This document shows, in pieces, positions 10,685 to 22,900 of a DNA stretch of 64,000 bases. Origin of the DNA: Balanoglossus misakiensis (Eukaryota > Animalia > Hemichordata). The notes below the pieces were generated by a model, which saw only the letters and a program-made list of their open reading frames with translations, did not search any database and was not told the DNA's origin. The DNA lies in NCBI GenBank assembly GCA_040954595.2, contig CM082589.2, positions 12,226,894-12,290,893 of the forward strand, in the 5' to 3' direction. Position numbers and translations under genes: made by a program. The number at the start of each line of letters is the position of its first letter. Position 1 is the stretch's first letter.

Positions 10685-10815
10685 CACAAACATCATGTGC
10701 TGATTGCCCAGCTGGTAACCAATGTCCAAATTGTAACACTGTGATTTTATGCTCGGCTGGTTATTACAGTTCGGCCTTGGACAAAGGATGTCTCGCTGTA
10801 CCTCTTGCATAACAG
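10685..10815 (+). pseudogene. Cys-rich CPAGxxC (GCC2/GCC3-like) exon G1, frameshifted
   Basis: TTTCAG|...|GTAAAC, 131 nt; QTSCADCPAGNQCPN(C/G)NTVILCSAGYYSS.../CTSCIT. Confidence 0.8.
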
Positions 10816-11069
10816 GTAAACTTCTACCCACCAACCTTTATTTCCAACATCAAACATTAGGTCAGGTAATTTACTAACTGAAAAATAGGATGGGAACATT
10901 TTCCATTTCTGTATTTAAAATTTACTGATATAATATATGAATGAAAAAATGACAATTTTTCCAAATTTGAATAGACCTCTATTTATGAAAATAATTAAAA
11001 TTTGCGCCAATTTTTTACAGTGGTATTCAAAGGTTAACTTGGTGTGTAAATTCTTTGTTTGATTTACAG

Positions 11070-11203
11070 ATCAGCCGGTGCTGAACAGTGTACTATTTGT
11101 GAGCAAGGGTACGCCTGCACAGATCCCAGTGCATCGCAATTCAAGTGTACCAAGGGTTACGTGTCATTGGCTGGTGCAACAAACTGTACCAGATGTACAA
11201 ATG
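11070..11203 (+). pseudogene. Cys-rich exon G2 (open)
   Basis: TTACAG|...|GTAAGA; SAGAEQCTICEQGYACTDPSASQFKCTKGYVSLAGATNCTRCTN. Confidence 0.82.
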
Positions 11204-11243
11204 GTAAGATTGTGGTACTTGTTCAGTTTGCTGTGTGATGAAA

Positions 11244-11310
11244 CTGAGTGGTATGTGTGTATGCATGTATGTGTTTACAACAGATTTTCAAGTCAGTGCG
11301 ACTGGGGTTA

Positions 11311-11342
<32 letters not shown>

Positions 11343-11368
11343 TACAACAGATTATCAACTCAGTGCGA
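11244..11368. repeat. Two-copy ~60-67 bp repeat containing (TG)n/(TGTA)n
   Basis: ...TATGTGTTTACAACAGATT(T/A)TCAA(G/C)TCAGTGCGA occurs twice. Confidence 0.75.
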
Positions 11369-11586
11369 AATCTTGCGAGACCCGGTTAGCCATGTGAGAT
11401 CTCGCAGAGTCTTATGATATTCAGAAAATGGTTGATTAGAAATGACGTTTAATGTCCTCCAAAGAATTTTCTACATGCCCGTATACTTGTCTCAGAATTA
11501 TGAAGTGAATCATCTCAAGTAATTTGTTATTTTAAATGACACTGTATCACAAATACTTCACTAAAAACCTCGTTTTCTTTAATCAG

Positions 11587-11784
11587 ATGAAATAAGTGAG
11601 GAGCCTGCACGCACATCCCATCTTCTGTGCCCTGCTGGACAATCGTGTTCAGATCCAATGTAAGATCCGCTTGACTGTGGCAATGGTGAATATGCTATGG
11701 AAGGCGACGGCACATGCACGCCTTGTCCAGCAGGATCCAAGTGTCCAACCATGTCACCCGTAGTTGATTGTTCAACAGTTACTG
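11587..11784 (+). pseudogene. Cys-rich exon G3 (in-frame TAA at 11661-11663)
   Basis: AATCAG|...|GTAAGT, 198 nt; LCPAGQSCSDPM*DPLDCGNGEYAMEGDGTCTPCPAGSKCPTMSPVVDCSTVT. Confidence 0.85.
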
Positions 11785-11923
11785 GTAAGTTGGGCTGCAA
11801 ATTACTCTTATGACTTCCCTGTGTTATAGCATGACATACACAGAAAATTAAACTGTTATGCTCATTGGAGTTGATATTGTGATGCACTTTGAAAAACACA
11901 ATGATTCCACTGAAGAGGTATTG

Positions 11924-11962
11924 TACAGTAACACCTGTGATTACGGACATCTCTCTAATAAG
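11924..11962. mobile_element. Tc1/mariner-type MITE terminal fragment
   Basis: TA|CAGTAACACCTGTGATTACGGACATCTCTCTAATAAG; 33/39 identical to the inverted end at 19576-19614. Confidence 0.5.
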
Positions 11963-12009
11963 GGATCGTTGGACCAAACCAATCGTTCTTTGAATTTTTT
12001 CTGTGATAG

Positions 12010-12106
12010 GTTCATACTCGCTAGGTTCGGCCAAGTCCTTCTGGTTATGAATGCACAACTACAAATGTCACACAGTGCGCTACAGGGAAGTAAAGTGTTG
12101 AAGGAG
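12010..12106 (+). pseudogene. Cys-rich exon G4 (frameshift and TAA)
   Basis: TGATAG|...|GTAAGT; SYSLGSAK/PSGYECTTTNVTQCATGK*SVEG. Confidence 0.75.
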
Positions 12107-12218
12107 GTAAGTCTTGAAATCTCTTTTCTTCTGGTCTCGATTTGAACATGGTTCCACAAGTTGTTTACATCACTTGTAGTTTTACATATTTTTTTAGTTC
12201 AACAGCTATGCTATACAT

Positions 12219-12859
12219 GGTGTCCTGAGAAGTCGACCAGTATGAGAAGTCGGTATCGGCCAGTACGAGAAGTCGGCCTGTGGGAGAGAACCCTGGTACT
12301 TTGTGTTATATATAACTGTTTCACTACGAAATGTTTCCTTGATGTACAGGAGCTGAGATATTTGTACAAATAGCCGATGAATTTTAAAACTGTCTGTTCA
12401 CTTTTCATGTACGTCACCGGGGTACGTCAACATCAGTCACCTGCACTTCTTGAGCTGCGCCAGTAGTCTGTTCCTTGTCACGTTTGTTTGTTTGGTGTTG
12501 TCTCAGAAAGTATGAATATACACATACATCTTCTATGTATTTTAGTAGGCTTTGAAACAACTCCCTTTAATCAGAAATGTCACAGGAATTTGGCGAACAA
12601 CCTAAGCTCCTTACGCGGATACGGGGATGGGGAACTGGTACGGATGCCAGACGCCATTATTTGAAATGACGCCATTGTGTTGTCAAGAATTTGGGAAATC
12701 CGTCCAAATGAAAATATTTAGTGCAATTATATTTTATTAAGTGTTGTTATAAGTAATCTGGGTCATCACTGCACTATTCGGGTACAAGTTCAACAACTGG
12801 CCGACTTCTCATACGCGCGTAGTGGCTGACTTCTAATCTGGCTGACTTCTCATGTATTC
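12219..12859. mobile_element. Non-autonomous DNA transposon with repeated subterminal motifs and 8-bp TSD (MULE-like)
   Basis: TSD CTATACAT at 12211-12218 and 12860-12867. GAGAAGTCG x3 at the left end, inverted GACTTCT x3 at the right end. Copies at 27651-28291, 42540-43188 and 57448-58096. Confidence 0.8.
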
Positions 12860-13036
12860 CTATACATTAGTGAAAATTGGGGAAACTGGTGTTTTCAGAC
12901 AACTTATGAAGTCCCTTTCGCAATATTAACTCTAAAACAGCGGGTGATATTCCTTTTAAAATTTAACCAAATAAGCATACTTGAACTCTGTCATATCGGC
13001 AAAACACTCACTACACAAGCTGCTGTTATTCTACAG

Positions 13037-13253
13037 ACATGACATGTGCTGATTGCGGCGTAGGTAACTACTGTCCAGATGGGTCAGACAGCCCCATTCC
13101 TTGTCCATCAAGTTATTATGCTGACACAGCCACAGAAGTATCCTGTACCCCTTGCGATCCAGGCTGTCAGTGTGCAGCAACATCACCCACTTGCCTGCAC
13201 ATCAAGAACCTACTCTCTGGGACCATCAACAACATGTACTCCCCTTCTACCAG
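13037..13253 (+). pseudogene. Cys-rich exon G5 (frameshifted)
   Basis: CTACAG|...|GTTTGT, 217 nt; MTCADCGVGNYCPDGSDSPIPCPSSYYADTATEVSCTPCDPGCQCAATSP/ACTSRTYSLGPSTTCTPLLP. Confidence 0.82.
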
Positions 13254-16200
13254 GTTTGTAGTCGTCTTAGTCGTAAAAACATATTTAAGGTGTTGGGCAC
13301 CTCGAAATAAAGGGTCGTCTGATCATGTTAAAATTAATACTGATGATACTATGACTTCTAAACATTTAATCTATGGAATAAAAATTGGGGGTCAACCATC
13401 TAGAGTTTTGAAAAAGCGCCCTTTATCTAGCACCTCTTTCAGATTTTGCCAGGCTCGTAGATTTTTGTAAAATGGCCTCAAAAATAAGAATTTTGGAAGG
13501 TTTGTCATATTTTTTCACCATTGTAGAATCTAAATGTTCTGAATTATTTTATTTTTAGCAATTTTGAGATTGCTTCATGTTCAGTATGATAATCGCATGT
13601 CAATACAACTGTTACATTAAAGGAAAAGTTCAAATCCGCCTAAAACCACATTGCATTGGTACCTAGTTAAGTTGTCCTCACTTCTGACGCAAAATTTTGA
13701 TGTGCAATGCACGTGTCTGTGAAATTGACGAATAAAAAAATTGTATACCAGTGCAAAATTAAAAACTCCCTGTGCAGCCTTCTTGGCAACTGCATGCTGG
13801 GAAAAGTACTCGGATGATGACGAAAAAGTTTCGGGGTTCCGGGTAGTGCTACCCCGGAATACAATGTTGGGTGCAGACTCCAACTATGGAAAAGAGATGC
13901 AGAATGTCATGTGATATAGTAGTGAAAACAAATACACGTTGGTTCACATATTTCAGCTCTCAGCAATCAGGGTGCATTAAAAGGCCTTGATTGGTGTGAT
14001 ATTCACAATTGATGATTATAAATACTTACAGTTGTATACTGTTTTATTTTGTAAATATTGTGTACATTTGCAGCAATGAATCCGTGCGAACACAAACCTT
14101 AACCCATGCCGGAATGCTGGTACTTGCCAAGCAATCCAGGGATCTTGTACAGGCGTCACATGTCTATGTGCTGGCTGCTACCTGGGCTTCACATGTGAAA
14201 CACGTGAGTACAGTACTTTGTCATTTATTAAAAAATCTAAGTGCTGAGGTACATTGTAGTAATAATAGCAGGTGTAGTCATTATCATCATCATCATCATC
14301 TTTAAGTCAGTCATATGATCGGTAATAAAAACAGTAAAATCACCAGTATAAAAACATAACAGAGAAATAATGAACGTGTACTGGTGTTACCATAGGTAAC
14401 TGTTGTATAAAATTTTGAATTCCTGTCTTCCAGTTCCTAATCCATGCTTCACTAGTCCTTGTCTCAATGGAGGTACCTGCCAACAACAGGCAAATTCTTG
14501 TACTGCCACCATTGGCATGTGCACAGAGTGTTACTAGGGAAACAGGTGTGAGACAAGTAAGTTTGAATCTATAGCAGTTAATAATGATAATTATCATTTT
14601 TTTTTATTATGATTTAAACTTCACTGATGTTGTACAAACACAAAAATAGAAATAATAATAATAATAATAATAATTTATTTGTATAGCGTCAGTATCCACA
14701 AAAAATGTGATCAATGACGCTTAAAGCAAAAGTACAATACAACAAATGGCTAAAAAACAGATTTAAAAAGTAAAGTTTTAACATTTGATTTAAAAACAGA
14801 TAAGTCTGGTGCCTGGCGAATGGTGAGTGGAAGATTATTCCAAAGAATTGGAGCAGCAACAGTAAAAGCACGATCACCATAACTCTTGGTGCGTGATCGA
14901 ACAGGGCAGAGTTTGAACTGATCAGCTGACCTCAAATTGCGACACGGAACATATAGATTAGTCATGCTAGAAAGATAGATTGGACCAAGTTTATGAATGG
15001 ATTTAAAAATGAGAACTAACATCTTAAAAACAATACGCTCTGTAACAGGTAGCCAGTGCAACTGATACAAAATTGGAGTGATGTGACAGGTGATTTTTGA
15101 ACGAGTAACAATTAGAAAGGGACAGCAGCTTAGCTCTATTCCTTTTCCAAAGTGTTTGTTCTTTTAAACTACCTGTTTTTTATTTATTCTGATTATGCTA
15201 ATATGCTAATTTGTCGGTTTGTCACATCACAATTTTTGTAGGAAACTCACCCCTGGGAATTTTTTTCAGCCACTGACATACATTCATAATCACATGACAT
15301 TGATGATCATGGAAAATTTGACCCTTTTCCTTGTAGGACTCAACCAGTGTCCACCAAATCCGTGCCAGAATGGTGGCTTCTGTCAACCGGCTCGAAATTC
15401 CTGCTTTGATCTCACCTGCATATGTACTGGTTGCTACAAAGGTGATAGGTGTGAGATATGTAAGTATACAGCGGAGTCTCTTTTACCTTTTGTCTCTGAT
15501 GCATTCAAATACTGCATGTTTCCTGAGCATAGGTGTAGCCATCACCACAGCAGAGCTTGGAGCGTTCTTGACATCGAATGCAAGATTACACTCTTCCCAA
15601 TCAAAATCACTTTCGTAGCGCATAATGTCTTGATTGTCTTAGTTCAAGAAACATTATGCGCGACTGGCCAATTTTACAGCCTTTTGTCAACGCACATCCA
15701 CTATGGAAATTCTCACTCCAGGCCAGATAGTGTAAATTTACATATGAGTCTACAGGTATGCTTGAAGTCAAGTCAAGCATTTGCAAGGAACCCTCCTCCA
15801 GTACACAGGTCTTTGATTTCATGAAGGGAAGCCCTTGCCTCACAGTCACTGCCACATGATCTATGGAGGTGTGAACAACTTGATACCAGCCTAATATAAG
15901 TTGTAGGCACAATCACTCCACACACCCTTGCCATAATTCTGCAAGGTTTTTGCCATATCTGTACTGTAGAATGAGTAGCAAGGAATAAAATGGCGTCCTT
16001 TCTTAATTTCCAGTGCAAAACCCCTGTGATCCCAACCCATGTATGAATGGTGGATTTTGCCAGCAAACATCGTGCAATTTCTATTCATGCCAGTGTGTGA
16101 ACTCTTACACAGGTGACATCTGTCAAACCATAGACCCTAGAGAAAGAAGGACGAGCAACTGCGGCAAAGATCAAAGGGTTTGGGGATTATCTGTATGATG

Positions 16201-18578
16201 ATGTTCTTTTGCATATAATTAACACCCAGGACAGTTGGACAATGACTTCCTTACTTCGGCACGTGTCGACCCCACCAGTGATGCGAAAACTTGCCACCAA
16301 ACTGACACTCCTGCATTTCAGCAGCCACTGCGTTTTTTTCTAAAATTCTAAAAGTATTACGATGTCTGTGCTAATTATTATGGTCGTCTGTCGGATGAAC
16401 GGTCATTTCTAGTGCCACAAGCTTCATTTAAAAATTGTAAACAAATCATCCATGCCAAATTCCTGTTTAACTTGTGCAGATGTGTTCCATAAATGATTGC
16501 TGCGTTCAACCACGTTGCAGTTTTCTCGTCTTCTGCGAGATGTTCTAAGGTGTTTGTGATAACTTCACGCAAAACGCGAGACTTTGCGTTAGTTTATACA
16601 CAGTTTATTTGCAAATTGGATTATTGGGATTTACCTGGAAATAATGAATGCAAAAGAACATCATTTCAAGAAAAAACTGGAGTTGCGCGTCCTTCTTGCA
16701 TGTCCGACTGGGCACTCATATTTCTTGGTAACGCTGACACTTTTCGTAATAATTTTATGTTTGCGTGAAGCATTGAAACAAAAATTGTGGTTTAGGGGCA
16801 TTTTATTTCGCAGTGCGTGAACAATAAAACAGATTTCACGAAAACAATTTATAAACAAACTGGCTGGATTTTCATGTGTGCGCTATTGCCGCCAGGCAAC
16901 CCTCGGTACGGTTAGCTCACAGCCTTGTGAAATACCCGGACTGTTAGACAAAAGATGCTTGTTTTGGACGCTGTCAGACTCAGAGGTGCCAAATTCCTGT
17001 TTAACTTGTGCAGATGTGTTCCATAAATGATTGCTGCGTTCAACCACGTTGCAGTTTTCTCGTCTTCTGCGAGATGTTCTAAGGTGTTTGTGATAACTTC
17101 ACGCAAAACGCGAGACTTTGCGTTAGTTTATACACAGTTTATTTGCAAATTGGATTATTGGGATTTACCTGGAAATAATGTCTGCAAAAGAACATCATTT
17201 CAAGAAAAAACTGGAGTTGCGCGTCCTTCTTGCATGTCCGACTGGGCACTCATATTTCTTGGTAACGCTGACACTTTTCGTAATAATTTTATGTTTGCGT
17301 GAAGCATTGAAACAAAAATTGTGGTTTAGGGGCATTTTATTTCGCAGTGCGTGAACAATAAAACAGATTTCACGAAAACAATTTATAAACAAACTGGCTG
17401 GATTTTCATGTGTGCGCTATTGCCGCCAGGCAACCCTCGGTACGGTTAGCTCACAGCCTTGTGAAATACCCGGACTGTTAGACAAAAGATGCTTGTTTTG
17501 GACGCTGTCAGACTCAGAGGTGCCAAATTCCTGTTTAACTTGTGCAGATGTGTTCCATAAATGATTGCTACGTTCAACCACGTTGCAGTTTTCTCGTCTT
17601 CTGCGAGATGTTCTAAGGTGTTTGTGATAACTTCACGCAAAACGCGAGACTTTGCGTTAGTTTATACACAGTTTATTTGCAAATTGGATTATTGGGATTT
17701 ACCTGGAAATAATGTATGCAAAAGAACATCATTTCAAGAAAAAACTGGAGTTGCGCGTCCTTCTTTCTCTAGGGTCCATGGTCAAACAAGTGAGTATATA
17801 CTTTCAAGACACCCTGCAAACAAACAAGCAATCTTTATTCCGTAGATCTTTAAGCATATTTATGCATTGTATATTTTGATGTGAAACTTCAAATTTTATT
17901 GGTCTTGTTGCCAAACTTCTGAAGAAATGAGGATATTGTTTTGAAGGGTATTTTATCAGTAGATAACAAATACCATGGCCCTCCATGCAAATACCCACAT
18001 GGTAAATTAAAACTGTTACAGGTGTATTTGATTTAAGCAATAAAACACCCCCAGCCATGGTATACCACGAGATTTTGACCAGTTCACGACATATACGCAC
18101 GAGCGATAGCGAGTGCGTATATGGAGTTGAACTGGTCAAAATTGAGTGGTATACCATGGCTGGGGGTGTTTTATTGCTATTATATTATGCCAGTATATTG
18201 AAACTTTGCATAAAACATTTTAAAAAGGCATTTTCTTTGACTATGATATATGACTGTGGTATATGGCTAATATATCACGGTCACATGTCGTGTCTCGACC
18301 AATCAAATAGCGTGATTTACACCATCAATATACTGGTATAATATAATTCCACATATGGATTACATGTGGGATAATATTGGGTGCTGGCAGTTTCAGTAAA
18401 TGAACTGCTCTTAAAAGTTGGGTGTCAGGGCACCCTTGACTTCTTATTGTTCAGTTATACATTTAGGAGGCTCAGTTATAGGAGAACCCGATAGAACCAC
18501 AGCTGTAGGAATTAGGGAAATGGTCATACCCTAAAAAACTTATGTCACTACTATTTTTTTTTCATGCCATTGAAACAG

Positions 18579-18695
18579 AACAAACTCCATGTAGGCCAAG
18601 TCCATGCCTGAACAATGGGCGGTGTACTCAGCTGTCTTGTACAACTTATGAGTGTACTTGTCCAGGATGTTTCACCGGCACACACTGCAGCCAGT
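18579..18695 (+). pseudogene. EGF-like exon E5 (open, 8 Cys; absent from copy 1)
   Basis: AAACAG|...|GTAAAA, 117 nt; QTPCRPSPCLNNGRCTQLSCTTYECTCPGCFTGTHCSQ. Confidence 0.85.
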
Positions 18696-19086
18696 GTAAA
18701 ACTCATTAAAACAAACATTTGTCATGCAGGAACTAACATTTACAATCATGTCTCAATACATTGTCTGTTGGTCATACTTTATATTTTCATCTTCAGCATC
18801 ACACCTTGGTCCTTGGGAATCGGTCACCTCAAAAATGATGTACAGCTGAAAGAAAACATGTTTATTTGAAGAAAAAACTGTTGATCGTTCATGAAAATTT
18901 TCCCTACACAAGATACATATACAGAGATTTTCATAGCCCCATAAGTGCGTCCCAGAATGAGCAAGTTGTTTTTGGAAGTGAAGTTCCGTTCAGTATTTAC
19001 AGTAATGGTAATGATGATGTTTTCATCAAACAGATTTTGAAAGTAAATATTGCTGAGATAACATTAGGTTGCACTTTTTATTGCAG

Positions 19087-19209
19087 TCCAAGATCCAGGC
19101 CAGCGAAACAGCTGTCTCAACGGGGCTGTATGTAATGCAGTGGCCAACTCCTGCACGGCATATACCTGTGCCTGTACTGGTTGCTATGAGGGTAACCGTT
19201 GTGAAATAT
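19087..19209 (+). pseudogene. EGF-like exon E6 (open, first Cys to Gly; absent from copy 1)
   Basis: TTGCAG|...|GTAAGT, 123 nt; QDPGQRNSCLNGAVCNAVANSCTAYTCACTGCYEGNRCEI. Confidence 0.87.
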
Positions 19210-19575
19210 GTAAGTTTCTGACGTACCGTAAATGACAATCTTTTGGGCACTTTCTCTTCATGGCAATTGAATTGTGTGGTAACTTCTCATTTCTAAAATT
19301 TCCCCAAGAGAAAAGAAAGGAAAAGGAAACAGAAATTTCATTTGTATGTCCGTGCAATTTAGGATAGGCACGAACTTGTGAGGAAGTGTACGAAGTTGGA
19401 TGTTTTCATCACTCAAATATACAAGAGTTGCCTCTTGAAGACTAGTGTCTGTAGAGATAATTGTGCATGTGAGGTAATCTCTCCTAAGGTGGTGCACACC
19501 TCTTAGTATTAAGTAAAAGAGACGTCCTTAATTATCCTTACTATTTGGCTTGAAAAATCAATCTTACTAGGTGTT

Positions 19576-19614
19576 CTGATTAGAGAGGTGTCCATAAAGA
19601 CAGGTTTTACTGTA
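19576..19614. mobile_element. Tc1/mariner-type MITE terminal fragment (right end)
   Basis: CTGATTAGAGAGGTGTCCATAAAGACAGGTTTTACTG|TA. Confidence 0.5.
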
Positions 19615-19784
19615 TTACCCAAAATAGAGACATTGTCCCTTCATCATATACTTAATGCGTGTTCTGGGTATGGTTCCAGTATAATGCTTGTGTCAAAGGA
19701 TTTTGTTGTGGTGCAGGAATCATCTTTGGTTGAGGTGTAGCCATCTGCATTTCATGTGTTTTAAACTATTTTTTTTTCTGATTG

Positions 19785-19907
19785 TCATTAACCCATGTGA
19801 TCAGAATCCGTGTCAAAATGGAGGCTATTGTTCCAAAACACCAAATTCTTATACTGACTACACCTGTTACTGCCAGTAGTGTTGGACTGGGGCCATCTGT
19901 GCCGTAG
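19785..19907 (+). pseudogene. EGF-like exon E7 (acceptor AG lost, TAG at 19877-19879; absent from copy 1)
   Basis: Poly-T tract then ATTG instead of AG; INPCDQNPCQNGGYCSKTPNSYTDYTCYCQ*CWTGAICAV; donor GTGTGT. Confidence 0.83.
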
Positions 19908-22900
19908 GTGTGTCGAATTACTGTTTTATGACACAGCGTGGTATATAAACCCTCATTTTTGGTATTCTCAATGTGATAGATGGACCCATACACCAATAAA
20001 TGGGGTGGAAGCATTACTAAGTTTCATCCTTTCAAAATTTGCTGATGTAGGGTCAAAATTGAGTGTGAGGTGCATGTTAAAAAGGAAAGCCTTCTGTATC
20101 ATGTTGATGGCACATTTTTTTAATTTTTCAAGATTCTTACAGAAAAATCCTAGCAATAGCATCATTATGTTATTTTAAATGTAAAGGTTTGAAACAAGGA
20201 ATAAAGACATTGCTCACATATTTAAACGAAATGAACATCACAAGTACATGTACAAGTTTTTGACAAGCAGGTAATTGATACTTTCCTTTTTGTTTTGGCA
20301 GCCATTGATCAGTTATACCCTATGCCTTGTCAAAATGGTGGCACATGCGTTGCGTGAGACGGCTGTTTCCTGTTTGACTGTATGTGTACCGAATGCTTCA
20401 CTGGTGCCACATGTACAATGCGTAAGTACTAACCAATATTATTTTATTCAATGCAAAACACTTGTTATATATTATATAATATAAGTACGGTACACATATT
20501 AAAGCCCTGGTAACTCAAACTTTGGGCTAGCTTAATGTTATCACTATTTTTGTTTTCGGTTGCAACTGTGGTTTCTTGTCACACTCTAAAGGATTTCACA
20601 GCATTTGGTTTTTCAAAACAGCCCTTTGGTTGTTGTCATGTATACATGTACATGACTGTGGAGTGTAGTTTGTAGATTCTGTAATTTTGACAATATCTTG
20701 ACTGCACATCCCACAGCTGTCAACCAGTGTCAACCCATCCAGTGTCGGAATGGTGGAAACTGTGTGCTGACGCCCAATTGGTGTACTGAATTCACATGCT
20801 CCTGTACAAGCTGTTACTCCGGCGATTTATGTCAGACATGTGAGTGATTTTAAATTTCAGATGAAGAGGAACATAATAACATAACACATAATCGGCTTGC
20901 AGTTGGTTTCTTCCAACCTGTATCAAACAGTGAATAACGACACAATTTTGGGGAAATTTATTAAGAATGTGTGTGCCATAAAAGGGGATTGTGTATTTGA
21001 CCAAATAACAACCTGCACCGTATGGTACACTAAGACACTATTACACCTGTGTCAAAATTTCATTACGTTTCTTTTGTTGAACATGGAAGAAATTTGTCAC
21101 AGTGATGTTCTGTTGACCAACTGAGATTTTTACCACTCAACCCTGACTGCACAAATCTGTTTAAAGTATATGTAGTAAATATTAACTGTACACAATTTAT
21201 ATCACTTTCTCTTCTGTGCACAGATTTGAATCCGTGTCAGCCCAACCCTTGTCTAAACAGTGGATTCTGCCAGCAAGTGTCCTGCACCGAGTTCAGATGC
21301 CAGAGTCCACGCTGTTTCATCGGAACCACGTGCGCTGAACGTAAGCAAACCAGTGTCAGATTTCCCGCACAAAGTAGAAATCGCTGGGCTTTGTCATTGA
21401 TATTGTCTCAATAAAGTTGCCTGTGATTGTGCAGCTAACCAAGAGACTTATATGCACTACGGTAGCCATGATGAATACTTTCATTGACTCAAATGCTCAT
21501 CAGTGTAGATGTTGCTATTTTTCCAACCGTAAATTGAAACATCAGAAAGTTATGACATCAACTACCCCCACCCCCACCCCCACCCCACCCACCCCCAACT
21601 AGTAAATATTATAAGATTCAGTAATTATGGTAAAGATGGTAGCACCAAGCTTGGATCAAGTGGTCTTCATTATCCTTCACACATGAACATGATCACACGG
21701 ATGTGCAATCTTCTGACAGTCTGCTACAGATTTCACTTCCCACTCAAGTGTGTAAGACCCTAATGTGATACTTTTCATTTAGCTCACCCTTAGCGATCAA
21801 CCAGTGTCTTCTAAACCCATGTCTGAATAACGGAGTGTATCAGCCACTTCAAGGCTCCTGCTCAATCTACACCTGCAACTGTCCAACCTGCTACACTGGG
21901 CAAACATGTGTTACATGTAAGTCACAAGTTTTTAGGTCCCATTGGTATGTACCATAGGAAGTTATGGGATTGGTTACGTCTGTATGTATGGATGGATGGA
22001 TGGATGTATGTCTGTATGTCCGTCCACATGAAAAACTTGAAAACCGCAGCGCGTATGACCTCGATATTTGGCGTGTAGATGCAGGCAGGGCTGTAGATGG
22101 GAGTTTGTTCAAATGAAGATGTCATTGCCAAAAATATGCAAATTAGCTGGGAAAATGTGAAATTGGTCAAAACTCAAAAAACTGGACAACCACTGGTCAT
22201 ATTGATTTGAAAAATGGTATGCATGTACCTTATATCAACCTCATACAACCCTGTATGTTTTGAGCTAATATTATCGATTTCCTATTTTTTTTGCATTTTT
22301 TTGTATTTTTCCATGTTATTGGTAAAAGTCTTTGAAATTTAGTATGAAGCCTCCTAATGTTGTCTAAGTAACCATAGTTTTGTTCAAATTGTTGCAAAAT
22401 TTGCATATCTATAATTTTGAGCATTATTTGCCATTTTTGGTCAAAAAATGTTTTTCTTTAAAACCTCATGCCAGATTGCTTTGCAATTTGGTAGGCATGT
22501 TCGTAGGGGTAACCTAAATAATATGTTGTAAAAAATGTGATATTTGCATAAATGTGTTATCGGGGAAACTTTTGCAATTTTTGTCAAAAATTGTTTTCAC
22601 TGAAACCGCTTGTCCTATTGCATTGAACTTAGGCAGCATGTTCCTTGTAGTGATTGAAGTAAGATATTGTACAATTTTGGTGATATTTTCATATTTGTGT
22701 TTTTGCCACTTTTGAACAAATATTTTCTGTGAAACTGCTTGTTGGATTGCTTTGAAATTAGTTTTTTCTCTGATTGCTTTGAAATTTAGGATATAATTTC
22801 ATAACACATACCTGTATATGTGCAACTTTTATTCAATTCTGAGATCAGAAAGATTAAATATTTAGCGAGTTTTTTTGGTAAGTTTCTTTGTTTTTGGTTA

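Larger units (their letters stand above)
1..13085. repeat. Array copy 1 (short variant, 1810-bp deletion at 4737/4738)
   Basis: Lacks the sequence corresponding to 18352-20161 of copy 2 and carries several private SNPs. Confidence 0.97.

Noticed and set aside
1-14900. rRNA, tRNA, snRNA or histone genes as the reason for the tandem array
   Set aside because: No such sequence recognised by eye on either strand. A covariance-model search (Infernal/Rfam) would be needed to exclude small RNAs fully.
11924-19614. Facing Tc1/mariner-like ends as one 7.7-kb composite transposon
   Set aside because: The ends are only 33/39 identical, and both exon series continue uninterrupted across them (G3 to G4, E6 to E7). 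Two independent relics of a common MITE family are more likely.
1450-19879. In-frame stops as recoding (selenocysteine or alternative genetic code)
   Set aside because: All three stop types occur, none at conserved Cys positions, alongside frameshifts and lost splice sites. This is ordinary decay.
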